Origin: an uncultured Acidobacteriota bacterium
Lineage (GTDB): Bacteria; Acidobacteriota; UBA6911; RPQK01; JAPXNP01
Reading direction: 5' to 3'
Length of the DNA: 64,000 bases
Assembly (NCBI GenBank): GCA_963777605.1
Contig: CAVZRV010000007.1
Location: 160,001 to 224,000 of the forward strand
Positions 10,074 to 20,671 of the stretch are shown piece after piece. Made by a program: the position numbers and the translations under genes. The notes beneath the pieces were generated by a model. The model saw only the letters and a list, made by a program, of their open reading frames with translations. It did not search any database and had not been told where the DNA came from. Positions within the stretch are counted from its first letter, which is position 1, and each line of letters opens with the position of its first letter.

Positions 10074-11078
10074 CTAGAGCGCAGGTACTGTCGACATTAA
10101 CGAGGCAGCAGTCCGAGGATGCGTTTCAGCAAAATAGGGAGCTTTTCCAAGGCGACGAAGGGTATCTTCGATCCTTCCGGGACGACCCCAGTCACTCCAA
10201 TCCACCTGATCCATTGCAAGGAGAAGCAATCGTTCCGGCGCCTTCTGGAGAATGTGCCTGGACAGATCAGCGGCAACGATCCCGTCATACACCCATTCCA
10301 CCGTCCGGCGGAGGGAATTCGGATTGATTCCCTGAACTCTCGCCGTAGCAATCATCTGCCTCAATTCTTCGAACCTCTCCATCATCTGAGGGAAAATCTT
10401 CCTGGCCAAATCCCAAATCAGGCGAGCTCTGGAAGCGATAATCATGGTGTTCCAGTATCCACCTTCTTCAAAGAGCTTCTCAGCAGTTTCCCGGGGAGGC
10501 TTCTCGAAGAAGGAAGCTACCCCCAGAACACGCGTTCGCGCTCCATCGCCGGCAAAGGTCTTGACCCAGCCGTAGTCCACTTCGGGGCTGTCCGGCCGGG
10601 CTCCCATCAGAACCATCCGATCCGGACGGCAGGAAGCGAGGAGTGCCGAAGCCCTTGCGATCCTCCTGAATCGCGTCTCAGGGAAGACGTAGTGATCTGC
10701 AGGAAACACGTGCACAACAGCTCTCGGATCCTGCGCCATGACGTAAGTCAGAGGGAGAAGGAGCCCGGGCAGGGTGCCTCGTGCACAAGGCTGCTCAATG
10801 ACCGTTCCCCGAATCCTAGGGCAGGAATGGCGATCCAGGAAGCGCTTGTGGCCCGCCCCGATCACGGTCAAGAGCCGAGACTCGTCGGCAATCTGAGCAC
10901 ATCGATCCCAGGTGTGCTGAAGCATGGAGCGGGTACCAACGAACGTGCAGTACTGTTTGGGGCAGTCTTCACCCAGCCATTCACAGACTGCAGAGCTCAT
11001 CCTCCGTCCTTCGCCACCTGCCAGAACGATCGCCCAGCACTTGAAAGGCTCCATCAAATCTCCTCGATGATCCATCAT
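10074..11078 (-). CDS. sugar-phosphate nucleotidyltransferase (mannose-1-phosphate guanylyltransferase-like)
   Basis: IVLAGGEGRRM, PKQYC, QPCARGT, FPADHY, DYGW, FFEKP, WSDWG. Confidence 0.85.
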   Translation of the reverse strand: MMDHRGDLMEPFKCWAIVLAGGEGRRMSSAVCEWLGEDCPKQYCTFVGTRSMLQHTWDRCAQIADESRLLTVIGAGHKRFLDRHSCPRIRGTVIEQPCARGTLPGLLLPLTYVMAQDPRAVVHVFPADHYVFPETRFRRIARASALLASCRPDRMVLMGARPDSPEVDYGWVKTFAGDGARTRVLGVASFFEKPPRETAEKLFEEGGYWNTMIIASRARLIWDLARKIFPQMMERFEELRQMIATARVQGINPNSLRRTVEWVYDGIVAADLSRHILQKAPERLLLLAMDQVDWSDWGRPGRIEDTLRRLGKAPYFAETHPRTAASLMSTVPAL

Positions 11079-11172
11079 TCCTCTCCCGGAGCTTTACGAC
11101 GGGCCGAACGCTCCCCCTAAAGATCGCACTCGTCGCGAACTGTTTGAAATCCGCTATTTGTTGATTAGAGGA

Positions 11173-11188
11173 TGCATCTGCCGTTCCA
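11173..11188 (-). promoter_or_regulatory. probable sigma54 promoter for the nucleotidyltransferase gene
   Basis: Minus strand reads TGGAACGGCAGATGCA (GG-N10-GC), about 95 bp upstream of the start. Confidence 0.6.
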
Positions 11189-11577
11189 ATGCGCACCAAT
11201 GATCAATCAGCTCTCAAAATGCGGGTTCTGCGGGATTCACCAAAATGGGATGGCTCAACCAAGGCCGCAAGACAAGCAGGGAATCGGGGCAAAATGTCCC
11301 GGTAAAAGAGTCACAGTGGGGCGTCCGTGCACAGCCGGACGGCCTAGAACCGATGCCGTGGGCAACCGGACTCAGAATCCGCCCTTCGATCCGACTCGGA
11401 TGCGACCGGAATCCCGCAGCCGAACCTGCATAGATGGCCGAATCTTGACCGCAAGGGCTTGGCTGGTTACATTAGCGAATCCCACTGACATCGCTGGTCG
11501 GCCTACGGGTGAACGCCTGCACTCAGGAGACGACAAAGTCCGATCAGGCCGAAACAGTTTGACAGGCGGAGGCAACA

Positions 11578-12813
11578 ATGGTCCGGGATCGAAACAGAGG
11601 TTTGACCGGGTTGGTTCTTCGGTGGATCCTGAATGATCAGGAGGATCCGACTTCCCTCGAGGGACGATCGCGCCTCGGCGAGTTCGAAGGCCTGATTGGC
11701 CTGGTAATGAGCCTTGTGCTCGGCATAACCAAGGGCATTCTGGCCTGGATCACGTCGAGCATTTCCCTGCTCGCCGACGCCGTGAACAGCTTCGCCGACG
11801 TCGGCAGCAGCGTAATCGTGATGTTGGGATTCCGACTGGCCCGAAAGCCAAGGGACCGCCAACACCCTTACGGTCACGGTCGGCTCGAAACGGTCGCAAC
11901 GCTGGTTCTGGCCACCATCCTCGTCGGCGTTGCACTCGAAGTCGGGCGGGCGGGGATTGAGCGGCTTATCGAGCCGGTCGCCGTCTACGCCTCCGGCTGG
12001 ATCCTGGTTGCCGTCATAGCCACGATCGTCATCAAAGCAGGGATGGCACGCTTTGCCCATCAGCTTGCGCGAATCACCCACTCTTCCATGCTTAAGGCGG
12101 ACGCCTGGAACCACACTTTCGACATAGTGAGCACGACCCTTGTCCTGTTGGCGCTGGTTTCGTCGCGATTCGGCCTGGCCATGGTGGACGGTTGGGCGGG
12201 GATCGGTGTTTCCGTCCTGATCGGCTACACCGGGTACCGATACATCCAGGAGGCCGTTCATTCATTGATAGGGGAAGCCCCTCCGCACGAAGACCTTCAC
12301 CTCATTCAAAAGGTGGCGCGCAGCGTTCCCGGCGTCTTCGGGGTTCACGACATAATCGTCCATGACTACGGAGACCGGCGGCTTATCTCACTCCACGCTG
12401 AAGTTGACGCCGATCAGTCGGCCCTGGAGGTTCACGACCTGGCCGAACGTGTGGAGGAAACGGTCTCGGATGCCCTCGTGGCCAAGGTGACGGTTCATTC
12501 CGACCCGGTCGATCGCAGCCACCCTCTGTATCGTCCGGCAAGCGACGCTGTCCAGGATATCGTTGAATCGCAGGGAGATGTAGTCGGTTTTCACGATCTC
12601 CGGGTGGAAGGAGACACCAATGGATTCGATCTTTCCGTGGACCTCGTAGTCTGCTCGGAGGTAGCCCAGGGAGACTTCAGCCCGGTCTCGGATCGCCTGG
12701 CTCGCCGAATCCGCTCTCGCCTGTCTGCGCTGAAAACACTCACCCTCGGGATAGAACTCGAATATGCCAGTGACCAGGAGTTCCGGAAGGTCTATAGGAT
12801 AATGGAACCGTGA
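11578..12813 (+). CDS. cation diffusion facilitator (FieF-like) with two tandem C-terminal domains
   Basis: SISLLADAVNSFAD, KPRDRQHPYGHGRLE, ADAWNHTFD, VHDIIVHDYG, second FHDLRV repeat. Confidence 0.9.
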   Translation: MVRDRNRGLTGLVLRWILNDQEDPTSLEGRSRLGEFEGLIGLVMSLVLGITKGILAWITSSISLLADAVNSFADVGSSVIVMLGFRLARKPRDRQHPYGHGRLETVATLVLATILVGVALEVGRAGIERLIEPVAVYASGWILVAVIATIVIKAGMARFAHQLARITHSSMLKADAWNHTFDIVSTTLVLLALVSSRFGLAMVDGWAGIGVSVLIGYTGYRYIQEAVHSLIGEAPPHEDLHLIQKVARSVPGVFGVHDIIVHDYGDRRLISLHAEVDADQSALEVHDLAERVEETVSDALVAKVTVHSDPVDRSHPLYRPASDAVQDIVESQGDVVGFHDLRVEGDTNGFDLSVDLVVCSEVAQGDFSPVSDRLARRIRSRLSALKTLTLGIELEYASDQEFRKVYRIMEP

Positions 12814-13658
12814 AGCTTTACCTGATCGACGGAACGTACGAGCTCTTTCGCTACTACTTTGGGGCTCCCAAGCGACAGGCCCCGGACGGAACCGAAGTCG
12901 GTGCAGTCACGGCTTTGTTGAGAGGGACCTGGTCATGGCTGAATAGAGAGACAATCACTTCCGCAGCGGTTGCCTTCGACACCGTTGTCGAGTCATTTCG
13001 CAACGGGCTCTATGCAGGCTACAAGTCGAGTGCCGGGATCCCCCCGGACCTGCTCTCCCAGTTTCCTCTCGCGGAAGAGGCGCTCAAAGCCCTGGGGCTG
13101 CGCATCTGGCCGATGACCGACTTCGAGGCAGATGACGCAATCGCGACCGCAGCCCATCAGTGGGCTGCGAAGGACGGGTTCGAGCAGATCATCATCTGCT
13201 CTCCGGACAAGGACTTCTCCCAGTGCGTCAGCGGCAGCCGGGTGGTTTGCCTCGATCGTCGCCACAATCGGATCAGCGACGAACCGGCTGTCCTCGAACG
13301 GTTCGGGGTCGCCCCGGCTTCAATTCCCGACTGGCAGGCCCTCGTCGGAGATTCCGCGGACGGATATCCTGGGCTCCCGGGTTGGGGAAAGAGTTCCGCA
13401 ACGGCCGTCCTTTCGGCTTGGCCTCACCTGGAAGAAATTCCTCGTGACGCCGAGCGATGGGACAAATCCATTCGGAACCGGACGAAGCTGGCAACAACCC
13501 TCGGGGAGCGCTGGGAGGAAGCTCTCTTGTACCGGAAACTTGCCACACTCCGCACCGATGCGCCGATCGGCATGGAAATGGAAGACCTCCGCTGGAAAGG
13601 ACCGCGCCCCCAGCTCGCCGATTTTATTCGTAGAATCGGCGATTCGTTCCGTCCCTAA
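12810..13658 (+). CDS. stand-alone 5'-3' exonuclease / flap endonuclease
   Basis: LYLIDGTYELFR, FEADDAIAT, SPDKDFSQ, LVGDSADGYPGLPGWGKSSA (H3TH motif). Confidence 0.9.
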   Translation: MKLYLIDGTYELFRYYFGAPKRQAPDGTEVGAVTALLRGTWSWLNRETITSAAVAFDTVVESFRNGLYAGYKSSAGIPPDLLSQFPLAEEALKALGLRIWPMTDFEADDAIATAAHQWAAKDGFEQIIICSPDKDFSQCVSGSRVVCLDRRHNRISDEPAVLERFGVAPASIPDWQALVGDSADGYPGLPGWGKSSATAVLSAWPHLEEIPRDAERWDKSIRNRTKLATTLGERWEEALLYRKLATLRTDAPIGMEMEDLRWKGPRPQLADFIRRIGDSFRP

Positions 13659-13664
13659 ACGGCT

Positions 13665-14597
13665 TCAATGCATCTCGATTTCGCAGGAACCGATACCGCC
13701 CCGATAGTAGTTGAACTGGACGTTGGGATGCTCTGCCAAGAGCGACATCGGCACCGCAGTATTGACGATACCTTTTGAAATCATGAACGCGGTCAGGCGC
13801 TGGCCAAAGGGGTTGTCGTGATTGCCGGCGTGCCAAATCGAAACCTTCTCCGCCTTCCAGGTCTCTACTGGTCCCACGGTGACCGCTCGGACAGGAACAA
13901 GGGAGATGTTTCCTCCCCCACTGGTGCGTGCATTCTGGGCGATCGTCAATGGATGCAGATCGACCACGCGGGTAGCCAGCTTCCGATACTCCTCCGCCGG
14001 TGGAGGATCATCGAGATCGGGCGCCTTCCTCTTGGGGGGATCATTGAAAGCCCAGTGCTTCACATCTCCCTGTCCTCCCTGCATGACAGCGCAACGGATC
14101 CCGGCATCCCAACTCTTTCGGTATGCGCTGGTATCGGCTTTCGGGAAATGCAGGTTGGAATCGGGCATCCGCAAATCCTGCCGGATTCGATTGAAACAGA
14201 GTTCCCGATCGGCTTTCTCGAAAGAAAGGGGATGGTCGGCTGAAACTTCTGTGTCACCGATAACCCACTCGTCCATTCCCCAGAAATGGCCCGAGTTAAC
14301 CTTGAGATCCAACTCGTTGACCAGACGGGCAACCAGGGGCAACTGCTCTGTCGGCCCGATCGGACCGCAAACCCCTGCGGGGTTATCCTCCGTGGACTGA
14401 CGCCAGGCATTGATGTACTCCAGGGCTTCGGTCAAATAGAACTCTTCGAGCGTGTCGTACAGGACGACCTTGAAACCCGGCCTGGAGAGACGCTCCATGT
14501 CCCCGCCCGACAACCGGGCGGATTCGGCGATAAGATCATCATCGAGAATCGTGTAGTCCCACCAGTCCGATGAGATTGAGCTCAGTTTGCTTCCCAA
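13665..14597 (-). CDS. glucosamine-6-phosphate isomerase/NagB-like protein
   Basis: GGAGGAG RBS then TTG; [46 protein letters not shown]. Confidence 0.75.
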   Translation of the reverse strand: MGSKLSSISSDWWDYTILDDDLIAESARLSGGDMERLSRPGFKVVLYDTLEEFYLTEALEYINAWRQSTEDNPAGVCGPIGPTEQLPLVARLVNELDLKVNSGHFWGMDEWVIGDTEVSADHPLSFEKADRELCFNRIRQDLRMPDSNLHFPKADTSAYRKSWDAGIRCAVMQGGQGDVKHWAFNDPPKRKAPDLDDPPPAEEYRKLATRVVDLHPLTIAQNARTSGGGNISLVPVRAVTVGPVETWKAEKVSIWHAGNHDNPFGQRLTAFMISKGIVNTAVPMSLLAEHPNVQFNYYRGGIGSCEIEMH

Positions 14598-14619
14598 TTT
14601 CGTCTCCTCCTCTTTATCC

Positions 14620-15492
14620 CTACGCCGACATTGCATCGACGACGAGTTTGTTAAAAAGGGCCAACTGCTCGCGCATCGCAGCAACGCGATCGGCAGGTTC
14701 ACTGCTGGCCTCGAGCAGGACCCAGCCGGCATAACCGGAATCGACCAGAAGTTTGAACAGTTGCGGATAGGGATACGTCGGGTCGTTCAACACCCGAACG
14801 TGAATCGTGTCGCCGAATCGATTTCGCAACGATTTGAAGTTCTTTTCGAGCCCCGGCGGCAACAAGTCCTGTGCGTTGCAGTTCCAGCAGGTTCCCACGT
14901 TATCTTCCGTTATCTGGTCGAAGATCGCTTTAATGACGGGGATCTCGGCCGTTTTCCGCCCGTGCACCTCGACGCGAATGAACTGGCCGTAGTCTTTCGC
15001 ATATCGGCCAACCTCGTTGATGGCCGACGCAATCTGGGCAATCGTCTTTTCACGAGGCACATCGTCTGGAAGGTTGTTCGGCTTCACCTTGACACCGCTC
15101 GCCCCGATATCGTGGCACAACTTGATCAATTCGAAAGTACCTTCAATGTTGCGCCTGACCTCCGCCGGATCGGGAGAGTGAAACTCCTGGTTGGACCCGT
15201 AACCGACACAGGTTACCCCCGAGTCCGCAAACCGACGCTTGACGTCTTTACGCTGCGCCTGAGACAGGGTGGGTTCGACACCGTGAGCGTGCTGGGTCCG
15301 CAATTCGACACCGGCAAAATTCGCCTTGCGGCAGTTTTCAATAAGGGTCGGCAAATCCCAGTCTTTCCCCCACTGATAGGTCACCAATCCGAAACGCATG
15401 CCAGTTTCAGGAGCAGCCTTGACCCGCCACCAGCGAGTGGCCGCAGAACCAGCAGTAACGGACAAAAACGACCTGCGACTCCAGTTCTTCAT
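14620..15492 (-). CDS. Tat-exported sugar phosphate isomerase/epimerase (TIM barrel)
   Basis: SRRSFL; [32 protein letters not shown]. Confidence 0.85.
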   Translation of the reverse strand: MKNWSRRSFLSVTAGSAATRWWRVKAAPETGMRFGLVTYQWGKDWDLPTLIENCRKANFAGVELRTQHAHGVEPTLSQAQRKDVKRRFADSGVTCVGYGSNQEFHSPDPAEVRRNIEGTFELIKLCHDIGASGVKVKPNNLPDDVPREKTIAQIASAINEVGRYAKDYGQFIRVEVHGRKTAEIPVIKAIFDQITEDNVGTCWNCNAQDLLPPGLEKNFKSLRNRFGDTIHVRVLNDPTYPYPQLFKLLVDSGYAGWVLLEASSEPADRVAAMREQLALFNKLVVDAMSA

Positions 15493-15620
15493 CTCAATAT
15501 TCTCCTGTCTTCCTGGGTCCGGAGTTTTCCTGGTGCTTCCCGAGCCAAGTTGCGCAAGGAACCCCTCAGGCGCTTGCTTCTTCACTCATTCTTAGACGAC
15601 CCGCGACCCGGGGAGTTGCG

Positions 15621-16961
15621 TCAAGTTTGATCTTGCACCAAATCTTCCGGCAAGGCCGACCCTTTTGTCTCCGGTGCCCAGTACAAGGCAATCATACCTA
15701 CAACGTAAATAAAAGACATCAGCAATGCCGCCGTCCGGATCCCCAGGCTGGCCGCCAAGTACCCGAGAAGGATTGGGGCAGGGGCAGCAAGATAGCGGAC
15801 AGTGTTGTAGCAGAAACCGACTCCAGTCCCCCTCAACCGAGTCGGATAGAGCTCCGGAAAGTAGATCGAATAGCCGGCAAAGACAGCCAGTTGCGCGAAG
15901 CCCATCATCGGCAGCATCCAGTAGGCATCGGAGGCCGAGTTAAGCGAGTTGAACACGTAGATCGTGAACACGAGGCAAATTCCGAATGAAATCAAGAATG
16001 CCAGCCTCCGCCCCAGGTAGGTGGCAACGAACGTGAAAGCCATCATGCCCATAAACGCACCCACATCCTGCAAAGCAGTCGCCTTGGCACGAACCTCATC
16101 AATGACCTGTTGGCTTTGGCCCGCCAATGCCGTCGAGATCAACTCGGGAGAGAAGAATCCGATCCCCCACAGCCCGATCATCCCGGAAACGCCCAGGCAC
16201 AGGCCTACGATGGTGTTTCGACGCCATCTCGGATGACTGAATAGCTCCAGCGGAGACCCGACCTTCTTTTGCAGCCCTCTGGTATTCGCGGTCGCCTTAG
16301 CTTGTCTCCACGGCTCCGGTTCCCGCAAGATCCCCACGATCGGAATCACCAGGAGCGCCGGCAAAATTCCCACGAAAAAGAGAGAGCGCCATCCCGCAAA
16401 GCCGAAGATTACATCCTGAGCACCCGGCTGAACCCAGTAACTGATGGTCGAGCCGAGGATATTACCGGTTGCAGAGAGCGCCTGAAGTGAACCCAGGGCC
16501 ATCGACCGAAATCCAGACGGCACACTTTCCGCGACCAGGGTAGTCGCAGCGCCGAACATCCCTCCTACCCCAAGGCCAACCAGGAACCGGTAGATCGTGA
16601 AGTCGATCCATCCGTGTGCCAGGCCGGAAAGGCCGGTGAAACCCGAGTAAATCAGCAGGGTGACCACCATCGTTCGAACGCGGCCCCAGCGGTCGCTCAT
16701 AACCCCGAAGATAATTCCGCCGGTCGCCCAACCCAGGATCATCGACGTGGTGGCGTAGCCCAGGTACTGCTGAATGACTGCCACAGCGGCCTGGTCGTTT
16801 CCCAGGAGTTCCCGCAGAGCCGATTCCCGCGCGAGGATGAATATCCTCTGGTCCATACAGTCAAAGAGCCAGCCACAGGATGCAACGAGGACGACTATCC
16901 AATGGTAGGCGGTGACCCCTTCCAGCACTCCCTTGCTCGACCCATCCGGCGACTTCGACAA
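15621..16961 (-). CDS. MFS transporter
   Basis: About 12 TM segments; GWLFDCMD, GVMSDRWGRVR, YFPELYPTRLRGTG; AAGGAGG RBS then TTG. Confidence 0.9.
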   Translation of the reverse strand: MSKSPDGSSKGVLEGVTAYHWIVVLVASCGWLFDCMDQRIFILARESALRELLGNDQAAVAVIQQYLGYATTSMILGWATGGIIFGVMSDRWGRVRTMVVTLLIYSGFTGLSGLAHGWIDFTIYRFLVGLGVGGMFGAATTLVAESVPSGFRSMALGSLQALSATGNILGSTISYWVQPGAQDVIFGFAGWRSLFFVGILPALLVIPIVGILREPEPWRQAKATANTRGLQKKVGSPLELFSHPRWRRNTIVGLCLGVSGMIGLWGIGFFSPELISTALAGQSQQVIDEVRAKATALQDVGAFMGMMAFTFVATYLGRRLAFLISFGICLVFTIYVFNSLNSASDAYWMLPMMGFAQLAVFAGYSIYFPELYPTRLRGTGVGFCYNTVRYLAAPAPILLGYLAASLGIRTAALLMSFIYVVGMIALYWAPETKGSALPEDLVQDQT

Positions 16962-16962
16962 T

Positions 16963-17436
16963 TCAGCATCCTCCTTGGTGAACCCGGCGCGCTGCCGCGG
17001 GCCAGAGGCCACAACGCTTCACCTGGCCATGCAACACTCGGAAACGGCGTCGAGCCTCAAACGACTCGAAGCTGACGACACTCCCATCGCTTTCCGGTTC
17101 GGCCAGGTAGCGACTCCAGCGGTCTCGCGCTTCCTGAGGAGTCTCCCACCGGCTCAGTGCTACTGTCCAGGAGTATCTGACCATAGCCAGTTGAACGGGC
17201 ACCAAACCCAATTTCTCGGCTTTGCGCACGCGGTAACGAACTTTCTCTCGGACTTTGGGAGAAAAACCCTCCTCGAAGATTCGGACTATTCTCTTCCAGT
17301 ACTTCAATTTTGAGCGCCCAATCGGACCCTGGTTCCGGGTCTCTTCCCGAACCAGGTAAAACTCCAGGAGCACTCCAAGGTATTGGTCCTGGTGCTCGAT
17401 TCTTGCTTCGGTGCCCTCGACGATTTGTTCAGTCAT
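16963..17436 (-). CDS. hypothetical protein
   Basis: 157-aa ORF filling an otherwise empty gap; no recognisable motif. Confidence 0.45.
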   Translation of the reverse strand: MTEQIVEGTEARIEHQDQYLGVLLEFYLVREETRNQGPIGRSKLKYWKRIVRIFEEGFSPKVREKVRYRVRKAEKLGLVPVQLAMVRYSWTVALSRWETPQEARDRWSRYLAEPESDGSVVSFESFEARRRFRVLHGQVKRCGLWPAAARRVHQGGC

Positions 17437-17496
17437 AAGTACCTGCCAATCCTGGAACCGTTAGTCTACCGTCAGGGGTTGACGTTCCAATGTTCT

Positions 17497-17686
17497 CAGA
17501 GCTTCCAGCCCGGCCAAGGGTGTCCGCCCTTGGCATCCTGCCTGGGATGTCAGCCCGGGGCCTTCCAGCCCGGCCTCGGCAAGCGAGTTCGAAATTCGGC
17601 TCAGCGTTCCAAGTCCCACGCCCGGAGGGGCTTACGTCGGGCAAGATGCCCTCGCGACATCACAGGCAGGATGCCTGGACTACTCT
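17497..17686. repeat. cluster of REP-like GC hairpins with WTCYW pentaloops
   Basis: GGCATCCTGCC, GGCCTTCCAGCC, GGGCAAGATGCCC, CAGGCAGGATGCCTGGACTAC; the right part is an inverted relative of 21771-21830. Confidence 0.7.
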
Positions 17687-17773
17687 TCACCCCGGGACCG
17701 CGAAATCCTGCGACCCAATTTCCAGCTAACGAATTCGGTCCTTTCCGCCGAAGATCTCTATGAGACTTTGCTG

Positions 17774-18004
17774 ATGTACACACTAAACAAACTCGCCGAG
17801 ATTACCGAATGTCCTCCCTCGATTTTCGCGGAAGCGAAATCGCTCCAGGAACTCTTCTTCGTTGAAAGTCGATGTGAACAGGAGCTTTATCTAGCCACAC
17901 GCAACAAAGACTGGCGGGAGTTGGAGCGGTTGATGCCGATGTACGAGGATCTCCACATGGAGATCATGATGCGACTCTGGCAAACGGTCCAGCCGGACGA
18001 TTAG
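17774..18004 (+). CDS. small hypothetical helical protein
   Basis: 76-aa ORF MYTLNKLAEITECPPS..., convergent on ilvD; no clear RBS. Confidence 0.5.
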   Translation: MYTLNKLAEITECPPSIFAEAKSLQELFFVESRCEQELYLATRNKDWRELERLMPMYEDLHMEIMMRLWQTVQPDD

Positions 18005-18014
18005 AATGTCCGGC

Positions 18015-19703
18015 CTATGAAGCACTCGGTAACCGAGTGACAGCACCCTCCGAGGCCGAGGATACACTCGCAGCGTACTTCGCAAAGACGCCCCTTGTAT
18101 AGCGTGGCTCCGGCGGTTGCCAGGCCGTTTTTCGGCGATCCAGCTCACTCTCTGAGAGTTCGACTTCCAGGCTTCTGGCGGAGATGTCGATCCGTATCAG
18201 GTCGCCCGTTTCCACCAAAGCGATGGGGCCGCCCTTAATGGCTTCCGGCGTGGCGTGGCCGATCATCAGGCCCCGGGTAGCCCCGCTGAACCGACCGTCA
18301 GTGACCAGGGCCACGCTCTCGCCCAGGCCGGCTCCGACGATCGCGCCCGTAACCCCCAGCATCTCTCTCATTCCAGGACCACCGGCCGGGCCTTCGTATC
18401 GGATGATCACCACGTCGCCGGCCTGGATCTGCCCCGATGTGACTGCAGCCATAGCATCCTCTTCACAGTCAAAAACCCGGGCTGGACCGGAGTGGGCCGC
18501 CCGCTCGTGCCCGGTAATCTTGACCACTGCACCTTCTGGAGCCAGGCTTCCTTTTAGAATGGCGAGGCCGCCCGAAGTCTTGATGGGATCGTGAACCGGC
18601 CGCACTACATCCTGGCCCTCTGTCTCGCGGGCCTGTCCAGCCTCTTCCGCGAGAGTCCGGCCCGTCGGGGTCAACTGGCTGCCATCCACGAACCCTCCCT
18701 GGACCAGGCGCTGCGCAACGAGTTCGATGCCACCTGCCTTAAAGAGATCTGCCGCCAGGTAACGGCCCCAGGGTTTCAAGTCTGCCAGGAGAGGGCTCCT
18801 CCTGCTGACAACGTCGAAGTCATCGATATCCAGGGGGATGTTGGCTTCACGCGCCAAAGCGATCAGGTGGAGAACGGAGTTGGTCGATCCGCCGGTTGCC
18901 GAGACACCCGTTATCGCATTTTCGAAGGACTTCCGGGTCAGTATCCGGCTCGGAGTGAGTTCCTGTTCGAGCATTGCCATTATCAGGCGGCCGCAACGGC
19001 GTGCGACCTCGTCCTTGCCCGGATCGACAGCCGGGGTACTCGCCGTCCCCAAAGCCGAAAGTCCCAGGAACTCGAGCGCGGTCGCCATCGTGTTGGCAGT
19101 GAACTGACCGCCACAGGCTCCCGGACCCGGGCACGCCACCTCCTCGATCTGGTGGAGTTCATCTTCACTGATCTTCCCTGCGGATGCTGCGCCGATCGCT
19201 TCGAAAACGTCCTGAATGTTCACGTCACGCCCATGATATCGGCCGGGCATTATTGTTCCCCCATAGAGAACCAGGGACGGGACATCGAGCCGGATCGCTG
19301 CCATCGCGGCACCCGGGATGGTCTTATCGCAGCCGACCAGAGCAATAATCGCGTCGAACATGTAGCCTCGCCCGGCCAGTTCGATGGAGTCGGCGATTAC
19401 TTCACGGCTCACGAGGGAGGCCTTCATACCTTCTATTCCCATCGTGATCGCATCGCTGATAGCGATGGTGTTGAACTCCATCGGCGTTCCACCGGCTTCC
19501 CGCACTCCCTCTTTGACTCGTGCCGCAAGCTCCCGCAGGTGGATATTGCAGGGCATCGTCTCTATCCAGGTGTTGGCAATTCCAATAATGGGCCTGGAGA
19601 GATCTTCGTGAGTAAAACCCACAGCCTTGAAAAAGGCACGGGCTCCGGCCCGGTTCCTGCCCTCAGTAACTACCCTGCTCTTGTGCTTTCCCAAACCTTT
19701 CAT
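18015..19703 (-). CDS. ilvD: dihydroxy-acid dehydratase
   Basis: [50 protein letters not shown]. Confidence 0.95.
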   Translation of the reverse strand: MKGLGKHKSRVVTEGRNRAGARAFFKAVGFTHEDLSRPIIGIANTWIETMPCNIHLRELAARVKEGVREAGGTPMEFNTIAISDAITMGIEGMKASLVSREVIADSIELAGRGYMFDAIIALVGCDKTIPGAAMAAIRLDVPSLVLYGGTIMPGRYHGRDVNIQDVFEAIGAASAGKISEDELHQIEEVACPGPGACGGQFTANTMATALEFLGLSALGTASTPAVDPGKDEVARRCGRLIMAMLEQELTPSRILTRKSFENAITGVSATGGSTNSVLHLIALAREANIPLDIDDFDVVSRRSPLLADLKPWGRYLAADLFKAGGIELVAQRLVQGGFVDGSQLTPTGRTLAEEAGQARETEGQDVVRPVHDPIKTSGGLAILKGSLAPEGAVVKITGHERAAHSGPARVFDCEEDAMAAVTSGQIQAGDVVIIRYEGPAGGPGMREMLGVTGAIVGAGLGESVALVTDGRFSGATRGLMIGHATPEAIKGGPIALVETGDLIRIDISARSLEVELSESELDRRKTAWQPPEPRYTRGVFAKYAASVSSASEGAVTRLPSAS

Positions 19704-19812
19704 AGATTCATCTCCTTCGGCGACCTGCGACTCTATCTCTATTCTGTCCCGCGTCCGTTCCTCAGTCCAGTGGGACTTGTTCTCGATGCGGCCTCAGCTA
19801 TCATAGGAGGTG

Positions 19813-20667
19813 ATGAAATTGTTGCGCGTAGGACCCCTGGGACAGGAAACCCCTGCCTTGCTGGACGAAAACGGAATCGTTCGAGACCTGTCGGAGCACG
19901 TACCGGACTGGTCCGGGCAGCATTTGCGGCGAAAGACACTGGATCGGATCGCCACTCTCGATACTGCGAGCCTTCCAGCGGTCGAACCGGGTAAGCGGGT
20001 TGGCTCCTGTGTCGATCGGCCGGGGAAGTTCATCTGCATCGGCCTGAACTACTCGGATCACGCTGCGGAAGCCGGCATGGAGGTTCCACAGTTCCCTATT
20101 GTCTTTTTCAAGGCAACCAGTGCGGTCTGCGGTCCGTATGACGACGTCGAGATCCCGAAGGATTCGACCAAGGCCGACTGGGAAGTCGAACTGGGTGTCG
20201 TTATTGGGGAACCGGCCAAGTATGTCAGCGAAGCCGGCGCTCTCGACCATGTCGCGGGCTACTGCGTTGTCAACGACCTGTCCGAGCGTGCTTTTCAACT
20301 CGAACGCGGCGGCCAGTGGGTCAAGGGAAAGAGCCATGACACTTTCGGCCCGATCGGGCCGTGGCTGGTGACTGCCGACGAGATCCCAAACCCGCAGAAC
20401 CTGCGTTTGTGGCTCGAAGTTGACGGCGTACGATACCAGGATGGCAACACTTCCAAAATGATATTTGCGGTTGCGGAGCTGGTCAGCCACTTGAGCGAGT
20501 GCATGACCCTGCGTCCCGGGGACATCATCTCCACGGGGACCCCGCCCGGCGTCGGAATGGGCATCAAGCCCGAGCCAATCTTCCTGCGCGAGGGCCAGGA
20601 GATGCACCTGGGCGTGGAAGGGCTCGGCGCACAACGGCAGAAGACGATCCGATGGCGGGAGGTGTAA
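19813..20667 (+). CDS. fumarylacetoacetate hydrolase family protein
   Basis: CIGLNYSDHA, DWEVELG, NDLSER, KGKSHDTFGPIGP, TGTPPGVG. Confidence 0.92.
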   Translation: MKLLRVGPLGQETPALLDENGIVRDLSEHVPDWSGQHLRRKTLDRIATLDTASLPAVEPGKRVGSCVDRPGKFICIGLNYSDHAAEAGMEVPQFPIVFFKATSAVCGPYDDVEIPKDSTKADWEVELGVVIGEPAKYVSEAGALDHVAGYCVVNDLSERAFQLERGGQWVKGKSHDTFGPIGPWLVTADEIPNPQNLRLWLEVDGVRYQDGNTSKMIFAVAELVSHLSECMTLRPGDIISTGTPPGVGMGIKPEPIFLREGQEMHLGVEGLGAQRQKTIRWREV

Positions 20668-20671
20668 GACA

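Noticed and set aside
11240-11577. Riboswitch (NiCo-type) or 6S RNA upstream of the CDF gene
   Set aside because: Hairpins are present but I could not match the consensus elements by eye; an Rfam scan is needed
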